Assembly (NCBI RefSeq): GCF_049554935.1
Contig: NZ_CP186926.1
Span: forward strand, 128,001 to 192,000
Reading direction: 5' to 3'
Source of the DNA: Methanocaldococcus indicus
GTDB lineage: Archaea; AGJL01; Methanococci; Methanococcales; Methanocaldococcaceae
DNA length: 64,000 nucleotides
The stretch's first letter is position 1. Every line of letters begins with the position of its first letter. The notes under the pieces were generated by a model. The model worked only from the letters and a program-made list of their open reading frames with translations, made no database searches and was not told the DNA's origin. Both the position numbers and the translations under genes were made by a program. Below, piece after piece: positions 45,578 through 55,903 of this stretch.

Positions 45578-46661
45578 AGAAATAAAAAAACTTGGTTTAT
45601 ATAGAAAGTTATTAAAGAAGAAAGGTTTAGATTTTTCTTCAAATGATTATTTATGCCTATCAAAACATCCTGAAATTATACAGGCAGTGAAAGAAGGTTT
45701 AAAATATGGTTTTGGTGCAAGTGGTTCAAGATTAACATCAGGAAATATAAACCATGAAATATTAGAGGAGAGATTAGCAGAATTTAAAGAAACTGAAAGA
45801 GCTCTAACTTTTCCTACTGGTTATCAGACTAATGTTGGAGTTATATCTACACTATGTAAAAAAGGAGATTTAATTTTAAGTGATGAGTTGAATCATGCCT
45901 CTATAATTGATGGTTGTAGATTATCTAAGGCAGATAGAATTATTTATAAACATCTAAATTATGAGGAAGTAGAAAATATCTTAGAAAGAGAATACAAAAA
46001 TTATGAAGATATATTTATTATTACTGATACTGTCTTTAGTATGGATGGGGATTTAGCAGATTTGAAAAGATTAAAGAAGATAGCTGATGAATACTCAGCT
46101 ATTTTGATTGTTGATGATGCTCATGGCACTGGAACTGTGCATAAAAAGGGGGCTCTAAAATATTTTAATGTAAAAGGAGACAACATTATCCAAATTGGAA
46201 CTCTCTCCAAAGCTTTTGGTGGTTTAGGAGGATTTGTTTGTTCTACTGATGAAGTTATTGAATATTTAATAAACAGATGTAGAAGTTTTATATATACAAC
46301 CGCTCTCCCTCCATGTATTGTTGAAGGTTGTTTAAAAGCTTTGGAAATTATTGATAAAGGGAAATTAACTAAAAAACTTCAAAAAAATATTAATTTGGCA
46401 AATAAAATTTTTAAAGATTTTATTTTAGAGGAAAAAGTAACTCCAATATATCCATTTATTTTTAAAGACAAAACTATGGAGATAGCCAATTATCTACAAA
46501 AGAACAATATATTTTGTGTTGCAATAAGATATCCAACAGTCCCAAAAGGTTTAGAAAGGATAAGAGTTAGTATAAATGTTAATCATAAAAAAGATGATTT
46601 AAAACTTCTATGTGAAAAAATCAAAGAAAAATTATATATTGAACATGAGAAAATTAGTTAA
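45549..46661 (+). CDS. bioF: 8-amino-7-oxononanoate synthase
   Basis: [48 protein letters not shown]. Confidence 0.95.
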   Translation: MIERIKKELEEIKKLGLYRKLLKKKGLDFSSNDYLCLSKHPEIIQAVKEGLKYGFGASGSRLTSGNINHEILEERLAEFKETERALTFPTGYQTNVGVISTLCKKGDLILSDELNHASIIDGCRLSKADRIIYKHLNYEEVENILEREYKNYEDIFIITDTVFSMDGDLADLKRLKKIADEYSAILIVDDAHGTGTVHKKGALKYFNVKGDNIIQIGTLSKAFGGLGGFVCSTDEVIEYLINRCRSFIYTTALPPCIVEGCLKALEIIDKGKLTKKLQKNINLANKIFKDFILEEKVTPIYPFIFKDKTMEIANYLQKNNIFCVAIRYPTVPKGLERIRVSINVNHKKDDLKLLCEKIKEKLYIEHEKIS

Positions 46662-46686
46662 TAAATAAAATCATTATGGTGTTGTT

Positions 46687-47238
46687 ATGGCAGATATATA
46701 TGTTGATTGTGAAGATAAATATGCAAAAGAAATATATACAAAAGTTATTCAAACAGCATTAGAAGATTTAATTTTAGGTAAATCTTTAATAAGAGTTGAG
46801 TTTATAGCAAGGGAGAAAGAACCTTATTTTATTTTAGGAGTTCTTCCAAAACCAACAAGAAAAATAATCAAACTAAGAGATATGGCTGAAATTGTTGAAG
46901 AGAAAAAAGTTGATGGAAAAAGAATTTATAAATTAAAGATAACTGATGAAACATACCTTCCCTACCTTTTAAAGAAGATTCATGTTATTGAACAACCATC
47001 AAGATTTGAGATAATAACTGATTCAGATATAGATTTAGATATGGATGTTTATGATACAAGTAAAGATTTTATTGATAGAGTTTTAGATTTTATGTATAGA
47101 GTATTTCCAGAAGGTATGAGAATTAAAAAAAGCTTTATAGATAAGGCAATTGTTTTAATAGCGTCTGAAAGACCTTTAAAACCTGAAGAAATTGAAAAAG
47201 CTGAAAAATTAAAAGAAAAATTAGAAAATTTAAAGTGA
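46687..47238 (+). CDS. Methanogenesis marker protein 17
   Basis: 'EPYFI', 'ITDETYLPYLLKK', 'QPSRFEI', 'RVFPEGMRI', 'IASE'. Confidence 0.8.
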   Translation: MADIYVDCEDKYAKEIYTKVIQTALEDLILGKSLIRVEFIAREKEPYFILGVLPKPTRKIIKLRDMAEIVEEKKVDGKRIYKLKITDETYLPYLLKKIHVIEQPSRFEIITDSDIDLDMDVYDTSKDFIDRVLDFMYRVFPEGMRIKKSFIDKAIVLIASERPLKPEEIEKAEKLKEKLENLK

Positions 47239-47242
47239 AACT

Positions 47243-48346
47243 ATGAATATTGGTGTAATTGGAGGAGGGCAACTTGGGAAGATGCTTGGATTAAAAGCAA
47301 GAAAATTTAGCTTTGATATAAAAGTTTTAGACCCAAATCCAAAATGTCCTGCTTCTCAAGTTGCTGAAGTTGTTGTGGGGGATTTATATGATGAGAAAAA
47401 AATAAAAGAATTAGTTGAGTGGTGTGATATCACAACTTTTGAGATAGAAAAAACAAATACCACTATTTTAAAAGAACTTTATGATGATGGGTATAAAATA
47501 TATCCTTCTCCTTATGTTTTAGAAATAATTCAAGATAAATATATCCAAAAAGAGTTTTTAAAAAAACATAATATTCCTGTCCCAAAATATAAAAAAATTG
47601 ATTCTCTGGATGAGATAAAGGAGTTTCCTGTTGTTCTAAAAGCAAGAAAAGGAGGTTATGATGGAAGAGGTGTTTTAATATTAAAAAGTGAAGAAGATTT
47701 AAAAAATGCTTTTAATACTCCATCATATATTGAAGAATTGGTTGATATAAAAATGGAATTGGCTATTATGGTTGCAAGAAACTTAGATGGAGATATCAAG
47801 TGTCATCCTGTTGTGGAGATGGCTTTTGATGAGAGAGCCAATATTTGTGATACTGTTATAGCTCCTGGGAGGATTCCTGATGATGTAAAAGAAGAAGCTA
47901 AGAAAATTGCTATAAAAATTGTTGAAGCTTTTAATACAGCCGGAATATTTGGAATAGAAATGTTTTTAACAAGAGACAATAAAATTTTAGTAAATGAAAT
48001 AGCTCCAAGAGTTCATAACTCAGGACATTACACAATAGAGAGCTGTATAACTTGCCAGTTTGAGCAACATTTAAGAGCTATCTGTAATTTTCCTTTAGGA
48101 GATACTACTCAAACTATTCCAGCAGTTATGGTTAATATCTTAGGTGAAGGTGAAGGAAAACCTAAAATTTATGGTTTAAATGAAGCTTTATCAATTCCAG
48201 GAGTTTCTGTTCATATATATGGAAAAGATTATGTTAAACCATTTAGAAAAATGGGGCATATAACTGTTGTAGATAAAGATATTAATAAAGCAATAGAAAA
48301 AGCCAATAAAGTTAAGTATATCCTAAAAATAAGGGGGGAAGAATGA
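47243..48346 (+). CDS. purK: N5-carboxyaminoimidazole ribonucleotide synthase
   Basis: [50 protein letters not shown]...RKMGH. Confidence 0.95.
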   Translation: MNIGVIGGGQLGKMLGLKARKFSFDIKVLDPNPKCPASQVAEVVVGDLYDEKKIKELVEWCDITTFEIEKTNTTILKELYDDGYKIYPSPYVLEIIQDKYIQKEFLKKHNIPVPKYKKIDSLDEIKEFPVVLKARKGGYDGRGVLILKSEEDLKNAFNTPSYIEELVDIKMELAIMVARNLDGDIKCHPVVEMAFDERANICDTVIAPGRIPDDVKEEAKKIAIKIVEAFNTAGIFGIEMFLTRDNKILVNEIAPRVHNSGHYTIESCITCQFEQHLRAICNFPLGDTTQTIPAVMVNILGEGEGKPKIYGLNEALSIPGVSVHIYGKDYVKPFRKMGHITVVDKDINKAIEKANKVKYILKIRGEE

Positions 48347-48855
48347 AAGTAGGTATTATAATGGGCTCAGACTCTGATTTACCTGTTATGAAAGATGCTG
48401 CTGAAATGTTGGAGAAGTTTAATATTCCTTATGAGATAACTATTGTCTCAGCACACAGAACTCCTGATAGAATGTATGAATATGCTAAAACAGCTGAAAA
48501 GAGAGGGATAGAAGTTATTATAGCAGGAGCTGGTGGGGCTGCACATCTTCCTGGAATGGTTGCATCAATAACACATCTACCAGTTATTGGTGTTCCTATA
48601 AAGAGTAAAGCTTTAAAAGGTTTAGATTCCCTCCTATCAATTGTCCAAATGCCTCCAGGTGTGCCAGTTGCTACTGTGGCAATAAATAATGCTAAAAATG
48701 CAGCTATCTTAGCAGCTGAGATTTTGGCTATTAAATATCCAGAAGTTAGAGAAAAAGTTATAAGATATAAAGAGGAACTAAAAAATATGGTTGAAGAAAA
48801 AGCTAAAAAATTAGAAGATATTGGATATAAAGAATATCTTAAAAGTATGAAATAA
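48343..48855 (+). CDS. purE: N5-CAIR mutase (class I PurE)
   Basis: [36 protein letters not shown]. Confidence 0.96.
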   Translation: MKVGIIMGSDSDLPVMKDAAEMLEKFNIPYEITIVSAHRTPDRMYEYAKTAEKRGIEVIIAGAGGAAHLPGMVASITHLPVIGVPIKSKALKGLDSLLSIVQMPPGVPVATVAINNAKNAAILAAEILAIKYPEVREKVIRYKEELKNMVEEKAKKLEDIGYKEYLKSMK

Positions 48856-48864
48856 GGTGGAAAA

Positions 48865-49284
48865 ATGGTAAATTTAGGTTTTGTTATAGCTGAGTTCAAT
48901 AGAGATATAACATATATGATGGAAAAGGTAGCTGATGAGCATGCTGAATTTTTAGGAGCAAAAGTAAAATATAAAATATTAGTTCCTGGTGTGTTTGATA
49001 TTCCTTTAGCTGTTAAAAAGCTTTTAGAGAAGGATGATGTTGATGCAGTTGTAGCTATTGGATGTGTTATTGAAGGAGAGACAGAGCATGATGAAATAGT
49101 TGTCCATAATGCAGCAAGAAAAATAGCTGATTTATCTGTTCAATACAACAAACCAGTAACATTAGGAATATCTGGCCCAGGAATGACAAGATTACAAGCA
49201 CATCAAAGAGTAGATTATGGTAAAAGAGCAGTTGAAGCAGCTGTTAAAATGGTTAAGAGATTGAAGGAGTTGGATAAAAAATGA
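48865..49284 (+). CDS. ribH: 6,7-dimethyl-8-ribityllumazine synthase
   Basis: [29 protein letters not shown]. Confidence 0.95.
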   Translation: MVNLGFVIAEFNRDITYMMEKVADEHAEFLGAKVKYKILVPGVFDIPLAVKKLLEKDDVDAVVAIGCVIEGETEHDEIVVHNAARKIADLSVQYNKPVTLGISGPGMTRLQAHQRVDYGKRAVEAAVKMVKRLKELDKK

Positions 49285-49568
49285 TTTTAGAAGAAGTTTA
49301 TAATACAATAAAACAAAGAATTAAAGAGAAACCAGAAGGTTCTTATGTTGCTAAATTAACAACTGATGATAGTAAATTAGCTATAAACAAGATATGTGAA
49401 AAGATAGGGGAAGAGGCAACTGAGTTGATATTAGCTGGAAAGGACAACAAAAAAGAAGAAATTATTTATGAATCAGCAGATTTAATATTCCATATAATGG
49501 TGTTATTAGCTTATAGAGGAATAGAACTTGAAGAGATTTTTAAAGAGTTTGAAAGAAGAAAAAAATAA
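49281..49568 (+). CDS. hisE: Phosphoribosyl-ATP pyrophosphatase
   Basis: [22 protein letters not shown]. Confidence 0.95.
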   Translation: MILEEVYNTIKQRIKEKPEGSYVAKLTTDDSKLAINKICEKIGEEATELILAGKDNKKEEIIYESADLIFHIMVLLAYRGIELEEIFKEFERRKK

Positions 49569-49590
49569 ATAATTTTTAAATATCTTTTTT

Positions 49591-50151
49591 TTGGGGAAGA
49601 TAATGATAAATCCAGAAAAATTAAAAGTTGGAGATGTTATATATTTAAATGGAACTATATATACTGCAAGAGATAAGGCACATCTAAAAATTATAAATAT
49701 GCTAAAAAATGGAGAAGAACTACCATTTAATTTAAAAAATAAAATTATTTATCATGCTGGACCAATAATGAAGAAAGTTAATGATGAGTGGAGATGTGTG
49801 TCAATAGGTCCAACAACATCAGCAAGAATGAACGATGTTGAGGAGGAGTTTATAAAATTAACTGGAATCTCTGGAATTGTTGGTAAAGGTGGAATGAAAA
49901 ATGAACTTTTAGATACATTTAAAAAATATAAAGTAGTTTATTTAGCTGCTCCTGGTGGATGTGCTGTATTATTAGCCAAATGTGTAAAAAAAGTTGAAGA
50001 TGTTTATTTTTTAGAATTAGGGATGCCAGAGGCCGTATGGAAGTTAAGAGTAAAAAACTTTGGACCATTAATTGTTAGTATGGATAGCTATGGAAAAAGT
50101 ATATATAAAGAAGTTGAAGAGAAAGTTAAAGAAAAACTATCTACTCTTTGA
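49591..50151 (+). CDS. Fumarate hydratase / tartrate dehydratase beta subunit
   Basis: TARDKAH, YHAGP, GPTTSARM, GKGG, LGMPEA, GPL.V.MD. Confidence 0.9.
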   Translation: MGKIMINPEKLKVGDVIYLNGTIYTARDKAHLKIINMLKNGEELPFNLKNKIIYHAGPIMKKVNDEWRCVSIGPTTSARMNDVEEEFIKLTGISGIVGKGGMKNELLDTFKKYKVVYLAAPGGCAVLLAKCVKKVEDVYFLELGMPEAVWKLRVKNFGPLIVSMDSYGKSIYKEVEEKVKEKLSTL

Positions 50152-50407
50152 GTTTATCATGATAGGATGCATAGGCAATAGCATGAGCCATAAATGGAGC
50201 TAATATTAAATATACAACAGCTAACAATATTTTTCCTAATGCTAAGAAAATTATAAAACATGCACAGTCAATAACACCAACTATGTGGATTCTTGCATAT
50301 ACAATATTCTTTTTATCTTTCTCAACCCATAACCTATAACTTGCAAATAATACACCAAGAGAAGCAAGAAATATTAAAAGATATCTAATAATTTCAATAT
50401 ATTCCAT
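50141..50407 (-). CDS. MnhG/PhaG-like small membrane subunit (energy-converting hydrogenase B subunit-like)
   Basis: Three hydrophobic segments; 'YARIHIVGVID', 'PFMAHAIA'. Confidence 0.7.
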   Translation of the reverse strand: MEYIEIIRYLLIFLASLGVLFASYRLWVEKDKKNIVYARIHIVGVIDCACFIIFLALGKILLAVVYLILAPFMAHAIAYASYHDKLKE

Positions 50408-50416
50408 TTTATCTAC

Positions 50417-51235
50417 CTATAACAATGGTTTAGGTTGATTTTCACTTAGGACTGGTAGTTTTTCTAAGGTTATTAATACATTATCTAAATCTTTTACTCT
50501 CTCTAATATTATATTTTTTCCAAAATCAGTTAAAGCAAATATAGGAATTGTCTTTCCAATTTGTAGCTTTGGTTTAACTTCTCTTGTTTTTTTAGATGCA
50601 CATGCTGTTATAATATCAAAATGTTCAATTTTATCAATATTTATTAGATGAACTCCAAAAGTAAGAATTTTTATATCTCCATTTTCTAAACTTTTAATTT
50701 TTTTAGCATCTTTTGAATTTGTTACAGTTACTGCTATCCTTTTATATCCTAATTCTATAGCCTTTTTTACTCCCTCAAACTGATTAATCTCTGCTGTATC
50801 TTTGTTTAATACATAACCTCCATGTTTTTCTATTCTCTCTATAACCTCTTTTATAGGATATGTTTTTATAATTCCTGATATCCTACCACAAAGTCCTTGA
50901 ACTAAATAAGGATTAGATGTTATAACTGTTCCAGCACAGTCTGCAACAACAACTGCACAATCTAATGCCTTATGTTTTAAAGCACTCATCAATATTTCAG
51001 AAGCTCCAAAAGGAACAATATATTTATCTTCAATTACTTTTCTATTTTTAGTAAATAATCCAAACTCCTTAATTCTGAATTCTATATTCTCCCTAATTTT
51101 ATCTTTATCAATCTTTTTTATTCCTCTATGCTTATCATATATTGGACAATATTCTAATTTTGTATCTTCAACCTTAACAACCTTTCCATCTTTAATATAT
51201 ACTCTTGCTCCCAATGCTTCCATAATATGATACAT
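50417..51235 (-). CDS. Methanogenesis marker protein 8 (DUF2099)
   Basis: HIMEALG, YCP, NIEFRI..FG, FGASE, DCAGTV, VQGLCGRISG, TACAS. Confidence 0.82.
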   Translation of the reverse strand: MYHIMEALGARVYIKDGKVVKVEDTKLEYCPIYDKHRGIKKIDKDKIRENIEFRIKEFGLFTKNRKVIEDKYIVPFGASEILMSALKHKALDCAVVVADCAGTVITSNPYLVQGLCGRISGIIKTYPIKEVIERIEKHGGYVLNKDTAEINQFEGVKKAIELGYKRIAVTVTNSKDAKKIKSLENGDIKILTFGVHLINIDKIEHFDIITACASKKTREVKPKLQIGKTIPIFALTDFGKNIILERVKDLDNVLITLEKLPVLSENQPKPLL

Positions 51236-51250
51236 AAAAACACCAAAGAT

Positions 51251-51643
51251 TTAGAATCTACATTTACCAAATTCTAAGACAGCAAGATATTTTAAAATTA
51301 ATGTTATAAATATAACTACTGATGCTCCTGCAAATATATAACTTAATTGTTGTGAAGACACTGCAAAATATATTAAAAAGAGAGTTATATAACTTGCAAT
51401 TATTGCATACAAAAATCTCTCTAATTCATACATATAGACAGTTAATAATGAGAAAGTTGTTATTTTTTCAATAATCTTTAATAAATTGCTTCTCAACATT
51501 ATCATATTTTCTAAGTATTTTGTATCTTCTCCTGCTCTTAATTTTTTACAGAATTTGATAACTAATAGATAGCCTCTTATAATTGGCCAAGACAACATCA
51601 AATAAAAGAAAAAACTAACTAAAAATATTAAAATATCTTGCAA
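51251..51643 (-). CDS. Hypothetical membrane protein
   Basis: 130 aa with 3-4 hydrophobic segments; TTG start after GGTGA. Confidence 0.65.
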   Translation of the reverse strand: MQDILIFLVSFFFYLMLSWPIIRGYLLVIKFCKKLRAGEDTKYLENMIMLRSNLLKIIEKITTFSLLTVYMYELERFLYAIIASYITLFLIYFAVSSQQLSYIFAGASVVIFITLILKYLAVLEFGKCRF

Positions 51644-51832
51644 AATATCACCATATATTTTTTTATTTAAACTGTTTTTGAAGTTCTATATAAATGTTTT
51701 GTTAGCATTTGTTATACCAAACATAAATATATATAAAATAAACAATATAAATAATCAAAATTTTTATAAATAAGAAATACTCTAAAACATCATAATTGGA
51801 ATTGAACAAAAATATTACTATTAGGTGAAAGA

Positions 51833-52798
51833 ATGTTAAGTGTTAATGAAAAGGCATACAATATTGTTAAAGAGATGATAGCAAATAAGGAAGAGTTAAA
51901 TATTGATGTTATAAAGTTGGAAAATGGAGCTACTGTCTTAGATTGTGGAGTTAATGTTCCAGGTAGTTGGGAAGCAGGAAAATTATTTACAAAGATATGT
52001 TTAGGAGGTTTAGCAGAAGTTTCCATATCACCATCTCCTTATGAATCTATTGTATTACCATATGTAAAAGTTAAAACCTCTCACCCTGCTATTTCAACAC
52101 TTGGCTCACAAAAAGCTGGGTGGGTAGTTAAAGTTGGTAAATACTTTGCTATGGGTTCAGGTCCAGCAAGAGCATTAGCTAAGAAACCTAAAAAAACCTA
52201 TGAAGAAATTGGCTATGAAGACAACTATAACAAAGCTGTTTTATGTTTAGAGGCTTCAAAACTACCTAATGAAGAAGTAGCTGAATATGTTGCTAAGGAA
52301 TGTGGTGTAGAAGTTGAAGATGTCTATCTTTTAGTAGCACCAACAGCTTCATTAGTTGGTGCTATACAAATCAGTGGAAGAGTAGTTGAAAATGGAACTT
52401 ATAAGATGTTAGAAGTTTTAGAGTTTGATGTTAAAAAAGTAGTCTATGCTTCTGGATTAGCTCCAATTGCTCCAATTGTTGGAGATGACTTTACAATGAT
52501 GGGAGTAACAAATGATATGGTTCTTTATGGAGGAGTAACTCAATACTATATAAAATCTGATGAAAATGATAACATAGAAAGTTTAGCTAAATCTCTACCA
52601 TCAGTTGCATCAAAAGATTATGGAAAACCATTCTTAGAAGTATTTAAAGCAGCTGATTATGATTTCTATAAAATAGATAAAAGTATGTTTGCTCCAGCTG
52701 TTGTTGTGGTTAATGACATAACAAAAGGAAAAATCTACAAATCTGGAAAAGTTAATGTAGATATTATTAAAAAATCTATTGGCTTAATTGAATTGTAA
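51833..52798 (+). CDS. mch: Methenyltetrahydromethanopterin cyclohydrolase
   Basis: MLSVNE, SQKAGW, GSGPARAL, QISGRVVE, TND..LYGG, DFYKID..MFAPA. Confidence 0.96.
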   Translation: MLSVNEKAYNIVKEMIANKEELNIDVIKLENGATVLDCGVNVPGSWEAGKLFTKICLGGLAEVSISPSPYESIVLPYVKVKTSHPAISTLGSQKAGWVVKVGKYFAMGSGPARALAKKPKKTYEEIGYEDNYNKAVLCLEASKLPNEEVAEYVAKECGVEVEDVYLLVAPTASLVGAIQISGRVVENGTYKMLEVLEFDVKKVVYASGLAPIAPIVGDDFTMMGVTNDMVLYGGVTQYYIKSDENDNIESLAKSLPSVASKDYGKPFLEVFKAADYDFYKIDKSMFAPAVVVVNDITKGKIYKSGKVNVDIIKKSIGLIEL

Positions 52799-52888
52799 AT
52801 TCTAAAATAATATTCTCTATTTTTTGAAAATAATCATTATTGTCTTATATTAACTAAAAAATCTTTTAAAATTTTTTTTATTTCTATA

Positions 52889-52905
52889 ACCGAATAGTTT
52901 ATATA
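52889..52905 (+). promoter_or_regulatory. BRE/TATA promoter upstream of the polyamine operon
   Basis: ACCGAATAG-TTTATATA matches the methanococcal strong-promoter pattern. Confidence 0.6.
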
Positions 52906-53005
52906 TAACTTTTTTATTATTAGCTAAAAAATTGTAAGTATTGATTACATTATTTTATATAAAATCAATTTAATTCAAAAAATAACAGATAATAGGTGAG
53001 TAATT

Positions 53006-53503
53006 ATGGAAAAAATTGATATCTTTGTGAGGATTCCAAATACAATATCATTAGTGGCAGGAAAAGGAGAAGGAGAGACAGAATTAAATGCTTTTGACAG
53101 AGCTTTGTTAGATGCTGGTGTTGGTAATGTAAATTTAGTTAAAATGAGTAGTATTATGCCTCCAAAAGCTGAATTAGTGGAAATTCCTAAATTACCTATG
53201 GGAGCTTTGGTTCCAATAGCTTATGGATGTATAACCTCCAAAGAACCAGGAGAGTTAATAGCTGCTGCTGTATCTGTTGCATTTCCTAAGGATGAAGAAA
53301 AATGTGGATTAATAATGGAGTTTAGTGGAAAATGTTCAAAAAAAGAAGCAGAAGAAAGAGTTAGAGAAATGGCTAAGATAGGTTTTGAAATGAGAGGATG
53401 GGATATTAAGAAGATTGAGAGTATTGCTATTGAGCATGAAGTTGAAAAAATTGGCTGTGCATTTGCTGGAGCAGTATTATGGTATAAGGAGGTGATAAGA
53501 TGA
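53006..53503 (+). CDS. pdaD: Pyruvoyl-dependent arginine decarboxylase
   Basis: LNAFD.ALL.AG.GN.NL, Ser-Ser cleavage site MSSIMP, G.IME. Confidence 0.93.
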   Translation: MEKIDIFVRIPNTISLVAGKGEGETELNAFDRALLDAGVGNVNLVKMSSIMPPKAELVEIPKLPMGALVPIAYGCITSKEPGELIAAAVSVAFPKDEEKCGLIMEFSGKCSKKEAEERVREMAKIGFEMRGWDIKKIESIAIEHEVEKIGCAFAGAVLWYKEVIR

Positions 53504-53871
53504 TAAAATTCTTAGGAAAACACATAATATTAGAGTTATGGGGATGTGAAAGCAAGGCATTAGATGATGAAAAAGGAATAGAGAAGATGTTAATAGATAG
53601 TGTCAATGCTTGTGGAGCTACATTAATATGTACAAAAACACATAAATTTTCACCACAAGGAGTAACAGGAGTAGCTGTATTAGCAGAAAGTCATATATCT
53701 ATACACACATGGCCTGAGTTAGGTTATGCAGCTATGGATATATTCACTTGTGGAGAGCATGTTGAACCAATAAAAGCTGTTCCAATAATAAAAGAGTTCT
53801 TAAAACCAAAGCACATAGAGATATTAGATTTAAAAAGAGGTATAAGAATAGAGGAGGGGGATAAAATTTGA
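53500..53871 (+). CDS. speD: S-adenosylmethionine decarboxylase proenzyme
   Basis: [32 protein letters not shown]. Confidence 0.95.
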   Translation: MIKFLGKHIILELWGCESKALDDEKGIEKMLIDSVNACGATLICTKTHKFSPQGVTGVAVLAESHISIHTWPELGYAAMDIFTCGEHVEPIKAVPIIKEFLKPKHIEILDLKRGIRIEEGDKI

Positions 53872-54719
53872 ATTTTAATTGTTGGTTTACTGAAATACAC
53901 AATAACAATATTTCTTTTTCTGTAAGAGTTAAAAATATCTTATATATTGGTAAATCAAAATATCAAGAAATAGTGGTAATAGATACTTATGACTTTGGTA
54001 GAGCTTTGATATTAGACAACACTTTTCAAACTACTGAAAGGGATGAATTTATTTATCATGAGTTAATTACTCACATCCCTCTCTTCACACATCCAAATCC
54101 AAAGGATGTATTAGTTATTGGAGGAGGAGATGGTGGAACAGTAAGAGAAGTTTTAAAGCATCCAGTTGAAAGAGTTGATTTTGTAGAGTTAGATGAGAAA
54201 GTTATAGAAGTAGCTAAAAAATATCTACCAAAGTTAAGTTGTAAAATAGATGATGAAAAAGTTAATCTAATTATAACAGATGGAATAAAATATGTTGCTG
54301 AAACAGATAAAAAATATGATGTTGTTATTGTAGATTGTCCTGACCCAGTTGGACCAGCTAAGGGCTTGTTTGAAAAAGAATTTTATAAAAATGTATTTAA
54401 ATGTTTAAAAGAAGATGGTTTAATGGTACAACAAACAGAGAGTCCTTTGTATGATTTAGAACTAATAAAAAATATTGCTAAATATCTAAAAGATGCAGGA
54501 TTTAGTATTGTTATGCCTTATTCTTATCCTATGCCTACTTATCCAAGTGGTATGTGGAGCTTTACATTAGCATCTAAAAAATATAACCCTCTTAAAGTAG
54601 ATGAGAACAAAATAAAAGAAAAGTTAAAAAGTATGGAAACTAAATATTATGATGAAGAAGTCCATAAAGGAATATTCTTAGCAACACCAAAGTTTTTAAA
54701 AGATGCAGTTAAGTTTTAA
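53868..54719 (+). CDS. speE: Polyamine aminopropyltransferase
   Basis: SKYQEI, LILD...[35 protein letters not shown]. Confidence 0.95.
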   Translation: MNFNCWFTEIHNNNISFSVRVKNILYIGKSKYQEIVVIDTYDFGRALILDNTFQTTERDEFIYHELITHIPLFTHPNPKDVLVIGGGDGGTVREVLKHPVERVDFVELDEKVIEVAKKYLPKLSCKIDDEKVNLIITDGIKYVAETDKKYDVVIVDCPDPVGPAKGLFEKEFYKNVFKCLKEDGLMVQQTESPLYDLELIKNIAKYLKDAGFSIVMPYSYPMPTYPSGMWSFTLASKKYNPLKVDENKIKEKLKSMETKYYDEEVHKGIFLATPKFLKDAVKF

Positions 54720-55878
54720 TTTTTAAGATAATATAAGATAAAACAAATGTAAATAATGAAGATATTAAAGTTGCTAAACTTGCTCCAACAATGCCATAAC
54801 TCTTTATCATAATAATATTTAAAAAAATATTTATTATAATTCCAAATAATACAGAGCATAAAGAATATTTAGCAAATCCTAAACCTTGGAGAGCTGAGGA
54901 TACAATTGAAAAATAACTTAAAAAAAGTGAAGATATAGACAAAATTCTTAAAGCTAAAATTCCCTCACTATTTTTTATTTTAAAGAAGAAATATAAGATT
55001 ATATCTGGAAATAGTAAAAAAACTATTATAATTGGTAAGGAAATTATAGTATTATAAATTAAACCTTTTTTTAATAAATCTAAATTTTTAGTTTTGGCTA
55101 TTTTTGGTAATAGAGGAATTGATATTGCACTTGCAACTATAAAGATTCCTCTTGATAATAAAGATGAGTAGCCATAAACTCCACTCCAAAAACTACCTAA
55201 AAATATCATTATAATAATGTTATCAATATCTCCAAACAACCTAAAAGAGGATGAAGTTAAAGCTATTGGTATAGAGTATTTTAAGATATCTAAACAATAT
55301 TTAAAATTTAAGGAATATTCAATAGCATTCCTTACAAAGTTAAAGAAAAATATTCCAACAGTTAAATAGGATAAAGCTATTGACAAAAAAGCTCCAATAA
55401 CACCAATGAATGAAAATATTATTAAAAATAAAACTTTTAAAGAACTCTCTAAAATCCATGATAAAGATAAGTATCCAAACTTAAAAGTTCCTTGTAAAAT
55501 GCCTCTAACAAATGCTATTATTGTAGATAACAATATACAGAGTCCTAACACATAAAAAAGAGAATCACTCAGATTTAAATAATAACCTCCTAAAATATAT
55601 TTTATAGTTATAACTAAAAAAAATCCTATCAATGATAAAATAATCATAACTAACAGTATAGATATATTAACTTTTTTTCCCTCAGCTGTAAATTTTGCAA
55701 TTGATGGAGGAATTCCAGAGGAAAAGAAGATAGTTAATGTGTCAAGTATTGGCATTAATGCTCTAACAATTCCAAAACCTTCTGTATTAAAGAAGAAAGC
55801 AACTAAAAAATAGTATAAATAAGCTAATCCTTTTGTATAAATATTTGAAATTAAAATATATAAATTCTCTTTTTTCAT
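54709..55878 (-). CDS. MOP-superfamily flippase / polysaccharide exporter
   Basis: About 12 hydrophobic segments; 'GVYG', 'LLPKI', 'YGIVGASLAT'. Confidence 0.82.
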   Translation of the reverse strand: MKKENLYILISNIYTKGLAYLYYFLVAFFFNTEGFGIVRALMPILDTLTIFFSSGIPPSIAKFTAEGKKVNISILLVMIILSLIGFFLVITIKYILGGYYLNLSDSLFYVLGLCILLSTIIAFVRGILQGTFKFGYLSLSWILESSLKVLFLIIFSFIGVIGAFLSIALSYLTVGIFFFNFVRNAIEYSLNFKYCLDILKYSIPIALTSSSFRLFGDIDNIIIMIFLGSFWSGVYGYSSLLSRGIFIVASAISIPLLPKIAKTKNLDLLKKGLIYNTIISLPIIIVFLLFPDIILYFFFKIKNSEGILALRILSISSLFLSYFSIVSSALQGLGFAKYSLCSVLFGIIINIFLNIIMIKSYGIVGASLATLISSLFTFVLSYIILKIKT

Positions 55879-55903
55879 ATCCCTACTCCTAAAAAAATTT
55901 AGA

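Noticed and set aside
50141-50407. Lone hydrogenase/antiporter membrane subunit as a novel system
   Set aside because: Ehb-type subunit genes are known to be scattered in Methanococcales.
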